Program-made: the position numbers and the translations under genes
The notes under the pieces: model-generated
Database searches by the model: none
What the model saw: only the letters and a program-made list of their open reading frames with translations
Told to the model about the DNA's origin: nothing
Shown here: positions 7,104 through 11,888 of the stretch, piece after piece
Position numbering within the stretch: position 1 is the first letter of the stretch
How the letters are laid out: each line of letters starts with the position of its first letter
DNA from: a virus
Taxonomy: Duplodnaviria; Heunggongvirae; Uroviricota; Caudoviricetes
IMG/VR virus record: IMGVR_UViG_2896601577_000007
Direction: 5' to 3' (one strand)
DNA length: 11,888 nt

Positions 7104-7286
7104 TCATTCAGTATCACGGCGCACCTCCACGAACTCATTAACGAATCTCTCCAAAGGCTGAACACATGGCGACTGATAGCCCTCGCGGTAAAAGGTCACT
7201 CGGTTATGCTCGACGCGCTCAACGGTCACTACAGCCCCGTGCGAATCCTTGTAACGGCTTCCCGGCATCGGATTGTGGTTACGCAT
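7104..7286 (-). CDS. Hypothetical small protein (60 aa)
   Basis: GGAGG 5 nt upstream of ATG 7286; overlaps the stop of the upstream 50-aa ORF by 8 nt. Confidence 0.55.
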   Translation of the reverse strand: MRNHNPMPGSRYKDSHGAVVTVERVEHNRVTFYREGYQSPCVQPLERFVNEFVEVRRDTE

Positions 7287-7431
7287 GGTTTACCTCCAGA
7301 CGTTTAGCGAGCCAGCGTTGCGACAGGCGGGTGAGTTCTCCTTTGCGCTGCTCATATTCCATGCCCATATCAATTAACGTGATATTGGTGCTTTCGAGAT
7401 AGGCGAGGTGTTCAAGCTGTGCTGCGTTCAT
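7279..7431 (-). CDS. Hypothetical small protein (50 aa), below the ORF-track length cutoff
   Basis: Hand translation of the minus strand: MNAAQLEHLAYLESTNITLIDMGMEYEQRKGELTRLSQRWLAKRLEVNHA; its stop overlaps the 7104..7286 start region. Confidence 0.4.
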   Translation of the reverse strand: MNAAQLEHLAYLESTNITLIDMGMEYEQRKGELTRLSQRWLAKRLEVNHA

Positions 7432-7470
7432 GCTGTCCCGTGGTTCGCCAGTAATGCCATTTGCCTGCGC

Positions 7471-8088
7471 TCACTGCTTCGCCGTCATGCCACCCAGCAC
7501 GATACGGGCGATCATGTTGCTCTCGTTGCTGTAGTGGCGCTGCTGCGTCGTTTTGCCCATCTCGGCACGGGCCATATTCAGCGCATCGCACATTGGCTTA
7601 AAGTTGTTTGCGGCACTGAGACGGGCTTTTAGCTGGCGACGATAGCGGGCGGCGATTTCAGGCACGCTACGCTGTAATTCTTCCTCGCACTGGATGAAAT
7701 AACGGCGGATAGCGCGGCCCTGCTCGTTGCGTTCAACCATTGCCACTTCTTTAGCCATATCCAGCGATAGCAGGTAATCATGCTCTATTTGCTGGCGAGT
7801 TTTTGCGCTCGCCCGTTTTGGCGTGCTCAAATTTTCAACACGGATAAAATCGGTTCCGGCAATAAAACCGTACTGGTCAATTCGGCCTTTAATCCAGTTA
7901 GTAAAGTCGCGGCCCACCCCCAGCGCTTTATGCAACGCCTTAGCGCTCACAATATTGGCTTCACGCCCGCCAATGCGTCCGGCAATAACGGGAACAATAG
8001 CGGCAAAGTCGTTGCCGTTAATTACTCCCGTGTTAACGTTGGGTTGCGGGGCGGCCCCCGAACTGAATCGGCTTTTTTCGATAGTCAT
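7471..8088 (-). CDS. Phage antirepressor-like protein (AntA-type N-terminal domain)
   Basis: VSAKALHKALGVGRDFTNWIKGRIDQYGFIAGTDFI resembles the AntA/antirepressor motif. ATG 8088 is preceded by GGAG; the track ORF extends to 8148 and would overlap the upstream gene. Confidence 0.7.
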   Translation of the reverse strand: MTIEKSRFSSGAAPQPNVNTGVINGNDFAAIVPVIAGRIGGREANIVSAKALHKALGVGRDFTNWIKGRIDQYGFIAGTDFIRVENLSTPKRASAKTRQQIEHDYLLSLDMAKEVAMVERNEQGRAIRRYFIQCEEELQRSVPEIAARYRRQLKARLSAANNFKPMCDALNMARAEMGKTTQQRHYSNESNMIARIVLGGMTAKQ

Positions 8089-8101
8089 ATTTTCGGCTCC
8101 G

Positions 8102-8533
8102 TTATGCGGCGGTGAGATTGTCCGGGTATAGATTGAGAATGTCGGCAATTTCAGGCTGAGAAAGTCCCTGATAGCCGCCAGCGTCGGCGTTATGGTTCAC
8201 AAGCCGAATAACTTTTAGAACGTCACCGCGCCCGGTAAAGCGATAGCGTAAATGTGGCCCTATCCCGTCGGGGTTCTTTTCGTCTATACGCTCAAGCTGA
8301 ATATCAAGCCTGCGCTCTAACTCGCTGGCGTAGTTCCTTCCAGACGAAAGGCGGCAATAACGCAGAATGTCATTTTCTGTCCATCCCTCTATACCAGTAC
8401 GCAGCATATAGACTCTGGCACGATGCTTTTTCGGTGTGCGCTTTGGTGCTTGAAGGGATTTTGTAAGGGGCGTAACATCAGATACGCGAATATCTGAATT
8501 AGCCGCCTGTAATGGGCGGTTTTTCTTTTCCAT
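8102..8533 (-). CDS. Hypothetical protein (143 aa), translationally coupled to alpA
   Basis: Its start shares one nucleotide with the alpA stop (TGATG). Confidence 0.6.
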   Translation of the reverse strand: MEKKNRPLQAANSDIRVSDVTPLTKSLQAPKRTPKKHRARVYMLRTGIEGWTENDILRYCRLSSGRNYASELERRLDIQLERIDEKNPDGIGPHLRYRFTGRGDVLKVIRLVNHNADAGGYQGLSQPEIADILNLYPDNLTAA

Positions 8534-8736
8534 CAGGCCACCTTCCCGCGGCGTTCTGCCAGCCAGTTGTGAATCTCAACCGCATCAAACGCAGTTATTT
8601 TTTCTCCCAGCTTTACCGGACGTGGTAGTGAACCGTTTCTTACTTTACGGTCGATGGTGGATACACTAACGCCCAGCAATTCAGCCAGGCGGAAGCGTCT
8701 GATATAGCCTTTTGTAGGGATAGTGTCGATGTTCAT
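8533..8736 (-). CDS. alpA: AlpA/Vis-family helix-turn-helix transcriptional regulator
   Basis: 67 aa; RFRLAELLGVSVSTIDRKVRNGSLPRPVKLGEKITAFDAVEIHNWL is a typical AlpA (P4 Vis / CP4-57 AlpA) signature. Confidence 0.9.
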   Translation of the reverse strand: MNIDTIPTKGYIRRFRLAELLGVSVSTIDRKVRNGSLPRPVKLGEKITAFDAVEIHNWLAERRGKVA

Positions 8737-8822
8737 GATTCCCGTAACCTCTTAGCGATAGTTGTTGCTTCGTTACGGGGATTTAATGGCGTGCACGCTC
8801 AAAAAGGAATGATCGTATTTTT

Positions 8823-8860
8823 TACTATCGTGATAGTAAAATTTACTATCACCTTTTTTT
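8823..8860 (+). promoter_or_regulatory. Operator-like TACTATC half-sites (two direct, one inverted) forming a hairpin followed by T7 (plus-oriented terminator-like)
   Basis: TACTATC at 8823 and 8844, inverted GATAGTA at 8832; stem GTGATAGT/ACTATCAC (8830..8837 / 8845..8852) followed by TTTTTTT 8854..8860. It lies about 90 nt upstream of the alpA start and overlaps the stop of the 126-aa ORF. Confidence 0.4.
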
Positions 8861-9229
8861 CCCTGCCGTGGTGCGTTCTTCCGGTGTTCTGTCTGCGTCG
8901 GCTATGAGTTTCTTCAGGTAATCTATGGATGGCTCATCATAGCCGCCCCCCAAAAGCGCCCAGTGGTTTATTGTGGCGTTCGCCCATGCTTCGTTGGTTT
9001 CCTTCCCGTTCTTCCCTTTACACTCTTCTGGGTAGTGCCGCTTCACATAAATCAACGCCAAGAGGCAAATTTCGCGCTTTTGCCTGTGGCGCTCTCTGTT
9101 TCCGTGCTCAACGTTTTTAACATCCTCATAAAGAGCTTGTAAGTTTATGCGAGTTTCGGGGCTGTATATGGGCTGGTTTTTGTCCATGCATTCGCCGATA
9201 TATTCAACCCACGGCCTTGTTATGTACAA
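8849..9229 (-). CDS. Hypothetical protein (126 aa, TTG start in track); possibly the frameshifted 3' part of the IS1-disrupted cargo gene
   Basis: ORF in AT-richer DNA with no recognised motif; weak start signals; the frame is open upstream to 9346, overlapping the end of the cargo gene. Confidence 0.45.
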   Translation of the reverse strand: MYITRPWVEYIGECMDKNQPIYSPETRINLQALYEDVKNVEHGNRERHRQKREICLLALIYVKRHYPEECKGKNGKETNEAWANATINHWALLGGGYDEPSIDYLKKLIADADRTPEERTTAGKKR

Positions 9230-9234
9230 ATCCT

Positions 9235-9401
9235 CTACGGATATTTCGTGGAAGGCATGTTTTGTATAATCGAGAAAAAATAATAATTCGCACTTACGTC
9301 TAGTTCTCTTTTTCTGTGTGCGGGGCTGAATATGCGTGCGGGAGTGTCAATAGAATCAAGCCCTGCGATGTCGAGTATATAGGAGGCGTTAACATGCCAT
9401 A
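9235..9401 (-). pseudogene. 3' part of the integrase-proximal cargo gene interrupted by IS1
   Basis: Same reading frame as 10179..10473 once IS1 and one target-site duplication copy (777 nt) are removed; the reconstructed ORF is 153 aa. Confidence 0.6.
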
Positions 9402-9410
9402 GCCCAAGCA
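9402..9410. repeat. IS1 target-site duplication, left copy (GCCCAAGCA)
   Basis: Identical 9-mer directly flanks both IS1 ends. Confidence 0.85.
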
Positions 9411-9465
9411 GGTAATGCTGCCAACTTACTGATTTAGTGTATGATGGTGATTTTAAGGTGCTTGC

Positions 9466-9741
9466 GTGGCTTCCATTTCCATCAGATGTCCTTCCTGCTC
9501 CGCTACTGAAGGCGTGGTGCGTAACGGCAAAAGCACTGCCGGACATCAGCGCTATCTCTGCTCTCATTGCCGTAAAACATGGCAACTACAGTTCACTTAC
9601 ACCGCCTCTCAGCCCGGTACGCACCAGAAAATCATTGATATGGCCATGAATGGCGTCGGATGTCGCGCCAGTGCACGCATTATGGGCGTTGGCCTCAACA
9701 CGGTTTTACGTCACTTAAAAAACTCAGGCCGCAGTCGGTAA
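9466..9741 (+). CDS. insA: IS1 InsA (91 aa, GTG start)
   Basis: [66 protein letters not shown]... closely matches IS1 InsA. Confidence 0.9.
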   Translation: MASISIRCPSCSATEGVVRNGKSTAGHQRYLCSHCRKTWQLQFTYTASQPGTHQKIIDMAMNGVGCRASARIMGVGLNTVLRHLKNSGRSR

Positions 9742-10163
9742 CCTCGCGCATACAACCGGGCAGTGATGTGATTGTCTGCGCTGAAATGGACGAACAGTGG
9801 GGCTACGTCGGTGCTAAATCACGTCAGCGCTGGCTGTTTTACGCGTATGACAGGATACGGAGGAGGGTTGTGGCGCACGTCTTCGGTGAACGCACTCTGG
9901 CCACACTGGAGCGTCTTCTGAGCCTGCTGTCGGCCTTTGAGGTCGTGGTATGGATGACGGATGGCTGGCCGCTGTATGAATCACGCCTGAAGGGAAAGCT
10001 GCACGTTATCAGCAAGCGTTACACTCAGCGCATTGAGCGACATAATCTGAATCTGAGACAACATCTGGCAAGGCTGGGACGGAAGTCACTGTCGTTCTCA
10101 AAATCGGTGGAGCTGCATGACAAGGTCATCGGGCATTATCTGAACATAAAACACTATCAGTAA
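9660..10163 (+). CDS. insB: IS1 InsB (167 aa), transposase catalytic part
   Basis: ...[58 protein letters not shown]...[13 protein letters not shown] matches IS1 InsB with several substitutions. Confidence 0.9.
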   Translation: MSRQCTHYGRWPQHGFTSLKKLRPQSVTSRIQPGSDVIVCAEMDEQWGYVGAKSRQRWLFYAYDRIRRRVVAHVFGERTLATLERLLSLLSAFEVVVWMTDGWPLYESRLKGKLHVISKRYTQRIERHNLNLRQHLARLGRKSLSFSKSVELHDKVIGHYLNIKHYQ

Positions 10164-10178
10164 GTTGGAGTCATTACC

Positions 10179-10187
10179 GCCCAAGCA
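10179..10187. repeat. IS1 target-site duplication, right copy (GCCCAAGCA)
   Basis: Identical to 9402..9410. Confidence 0.85.
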
Positions 10188-10473
10188 CATGGCAATCTAT
10201 ATGATTTACAACGCCTGCCTTAAAGCTTTTTTCGTCCTCTACTTCAGTGATTATGTCGGCAAGTAACAAGCAGTCGTCTTTGACGTCTGGGAATAAAGAG
10301 CAATTGCGATAAAGACTCGCGATGCTATGTAATGTGCCGTCGTAGCCGCAAAGGTACGCGCTCAAATATATAGATTCTGCCGCCGCCATAATCAAAAGAT
10401 CATCAATATCTATTTCTAATAATTCGGCTGCTCTGTTAAGCCTGAAAAAAGGGGCGGGTGGTAATTTTTTCAT
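10179..10473 (-). pseudogene. 5' part of the integrase-proximal cargo gene interrupted by IS1
   Basis: ATG 10473 preceded by AAGGTGA; 98 codons, then the frame runs into the IS1 right end. AT-richer than the rest of the element by eye. No recognised motif (MKKLPPAPFFRLNRAAELLEIDIDDLLIMAAAES...). Confidence 0.65.
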
Positions 10474-10505
10474 TGCGTCACCTTTTACGCTGCGCCTTAT
10501 TTTGT

Positions 10506-10561
10506 GATTGAGCCAGGCGGTAAGGCTTCCCGCTTTTCGCCCCGTCGAGCTAGGCTCAATC
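10506..10561. repeat. 9-bp inverted repeat GATTGAGCC / GGCTCAATC separated by 38 nt, between the int stop and the cargo gene start
   Basis: Perfect 9-bp arms at 10506..10514 and 10553..10561; no flanking U-run on either strand. Confidence 0.4.
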
Positions 10562-10568
10562 TATTCAG

Positions 10569-11828
10569 TTAGTTCGCCCTTCTGAGAGGCGTTACGTTGT
10601 AGTCTTTTCCGCTTTCCAGTGCCACTAGCAGATCAGCCCACTGTGCCAGTGCTGCTTTACGCTCATCAAAATACTGATGGCGGTTATAAATCCCCTCTAC
10701 GCCCTTAATGCGATGATTGAGGCATCGTTCCGCCACAACAGGATCAACACCCAACGCTGCTAAATGAGTACGTGCGGTGCGTCGAAAGTCGTGAATCGTG
10801 AAATTAGGCACATCCGGCATTTCGGCGCGAACCTTAGCCAGTGCTACGGGTAAAGTGCTTTCCTGAATATGTGGGATCATTCTGTTTTGCATCTTCCTGG
10901 CCGGAAGCACCCATGCGCTATTACATGAAAAGGTGTGTAGCTCTCTCAACCATTCAACGGCTGGGGAAGGTAGAGGTATATCAATAGGGTCTCCGTTTTT
11001 GCTGCGTTCTTCCGGCAAATGCCATACCGCACCATCTAAATCAAACTCTTCCCATCGTGCGGCGCATAATTCCATTTTGCGGACGCATAACGCTAACAGT
11101 AATTTGAACGTGATTTCGTTCTGGCGACTGAATCCCTTAGCCGTGCGCATGGCTTTGAATAGCTGGATTAACTCATCGCGGGTTAACCAGCGGTCACGGG
11201 CAGCTTCTTTCCCTCCGGCGTCTGCCACCTCAAAGGCTGAACAGGGGTTAATCTCTAGCGCGTGCCGTTTGATTCCGTAGTCGAATATGCGGCGCGTCCA
11301 TCTCAGCACGTCCGTTGCTATGGTCGGCGCTCCACGGTCAACAATACCTTTCAGCATGTCATCGATATGGCGCGGTTTCACGTCCTCTACCTTCATGCTG
11401 CCAATGCAGGGGTTTATATCTTTGTCGATACGGCGGCGGAGTATATCGGGGTGCTTCCAGCGCGGGAGGATCTGACGCTCAAAGTATTCAGCGGCAAGCT
11501 CTGAAACGCGCATAGCGTTCTTCTCTGCTTCCATCTTCGCCAGTGCTTCGGTTTTGTGCTTCTGCTTCTCTCCTGCAACGTCATAGCCCAGCGCAACGCG
11601 AGCCGATAGCTCTTTGGCTGTCTCTCTGGCCTTTGATAGTGATAGCTCGCTATACGAACCAATTAGCATGGCGCGGGACTTCCCTGCGAGTTTATAGCGG
11701 AATCTCCATGTGGGGGTTTTGTCGGCTTCACGGTAACGTAGGTATAAACCGTTACCGTCTGCCCGCCCCTCGAATCGCTCTCCGCTCTTAATCCATGCGC
11801 GGATCTGCATGTCTGTTAGTTTTGGCAT
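10569..11828 (-). CDS. int: P4-type tyrosine integrase (site-specific recombinase)
   Basis: 419 aa from MPKLTDMQIRAWIKSG...; N-terminal P4-like arm-binding region (GNGLYLRYR...WRFRYK) and C-terminal catalytic region (HDFRRTARTH...LNH...IYNRHQY). The track ORF extends 20 codons further to the window edge. Confidence 0.95.
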   Translation of the reverse strand: MPKLTDMQIRAWIKSGERFEGRADGNGLYLRYREADKTPTWRFRYKLAGKSRAMLIGSYSELSLSKARETAKELSARVALGYDVAGEKQKHKTEALAKMEAEKNAMRVSELAAEYFERQILPRWKHPDILRRRIDKDINPCIGSMKVEDVKPRHIDDMLKGIVDRGAPTIATDVLRWTRRIFDYGIKRHALEINPCSAFEVADAGGKEAARDRWLTRDELIQLFKAMRTAKGFSRQNEITFKLLLALCVRKMELCAARWEEFDLDGAVWHLPEERSKNGDPIDIPLPSPAVEWLRELHTFSCNSAWVLPARKMQNRMIPHIQESTLPVALAKVRAEMPDVPNFTIHDFRRTARTHLAALGVDPVVAERCLNHRIKGVEGIYNRHQYFDERKAALAQWADLLVALESGKDYNVTPLRRAN

Positions 11829-11858
11829 TTTGCGAATATCCAAACTTTGAATAGGGGG

Positions 11859-11882
11859 TGTACCCAAAGCAATGTACCCAAA
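11859..11882. repeat. Direct repeat TGTACCCAAA x2 (14-bp spacing) upstream of the int start
   Basis: Copies at 11859..11868 and 11873..11882, in the int 5' region at the window edge. Confidence 0.35.
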
Positions 11883-11888
11883 CCTCAT

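Larger units (their letters stand above)
9411..10178 (+). mobile_element. IS1-family insertion sequence, complete (768 bp), divergent isoform
   Basis: Terminal inverted repeats GGTAATGCTGCCAACTTACTGAT... and ...ATCAGTAAGTTGGAGTCATTACC; insA and insB ORFs; A6C frameshift motif TTAAAAAACTC near 9715; canonical IS1 length. Confidence 0.95.

Noticed and set aside
7060-7107. 15-aa ORF (MNLPPRKKPLIWLAC) with an ATGA overlap at the stop of the 7104..7286 gene
   Set aside because: Too short and unsupported; noted only as a possible start of a frameshifted gene, which I could not substantiate.
6410-7165. Single 251-aa CDS as listed in the ORF track
   Set aside because: It spans a terminator-like hairpin, further hairpins and the Shine-Dalgarno sequence/start of a well-supported 64-aa gene; only the 3' 195 nt is kept as a CDS.
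2897-11504. Plus-strand track ORFs lying antisense to minus-strand genes (e.g. 2897..3100, 4124..4387, 4942..5322, 7823..8131, 8254..8466, 10933..11280, 11262..11504)
   Set aside because: They overlap well-supported genes on the opposite strand, lack ribosome-binding sites and are typical shadow ORFs in GC-rich coding DNA.
661-11888. N-terminal extensions in the ORF track (661..1098, 3890..4630, 4939..5646, 6012..6263, 6199..6507, 7471..8148, 10569..11888)
   Set aside because: Internal start codons with clear Shine-Dalgarno sequences and compact start/stop coupling fit better; the longer versions would overlap upstream genes.
1-11888. tRNA gene or att core; canonical P4 sid/delta/psu genes
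   Set aside because: No tRNA-like cloverleaf region was recognised in the window (the expected site is beyond the right edge), and none of the proteins resemble P4 Sid/Delta/Psu as I recall them, so the element is called P4-like/PICI-like rather than P4 itself.

Overview
This 11.9 kb window looks like one leftward-transcribed (minus-strand) integrative element of the P4-satellite / PICI-like type, decayed by insertion sequences, probably from an Escherichia/Shigella chromosome. Read from the right edge: a P4-type tyrosine integrase (10569..11828; its tRNA/att partner would lie beyond 11888); an AT-richer integrase-proximal cargo slot holding an unrecognised gene split by a complete 768-bp IS1 with a perfect 9-bp target-site duplication; an AlpA/Vis-family regulator with an operator-like palindrome upstream; an antirepressor-like gene and two tiny coupled ORFs; a hairpin-rich, probably non-coding leader with an intrinsic terminator; a tightly coupled operon of seven small ORFan genes; a primase-helicase (Zn-ribbon, TOPRIM, P-loop region) now in three reading-frame pieces; a 9-bp iteron array (putative ori); an SSB-like gene; an FtsH-like (M41) peptidase-domain gene; and a partial IS2 at the left edge. 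No tRNA, rRNA or CRISPR array was found. The main caveat is that several genes are broken by -1 frame changes at plus-strand C-runs, which is either real pseudogenisation or homopolymer undercalling in the assembly. All calls rest on reading the sequence and recalled family motifs; no database search was run.
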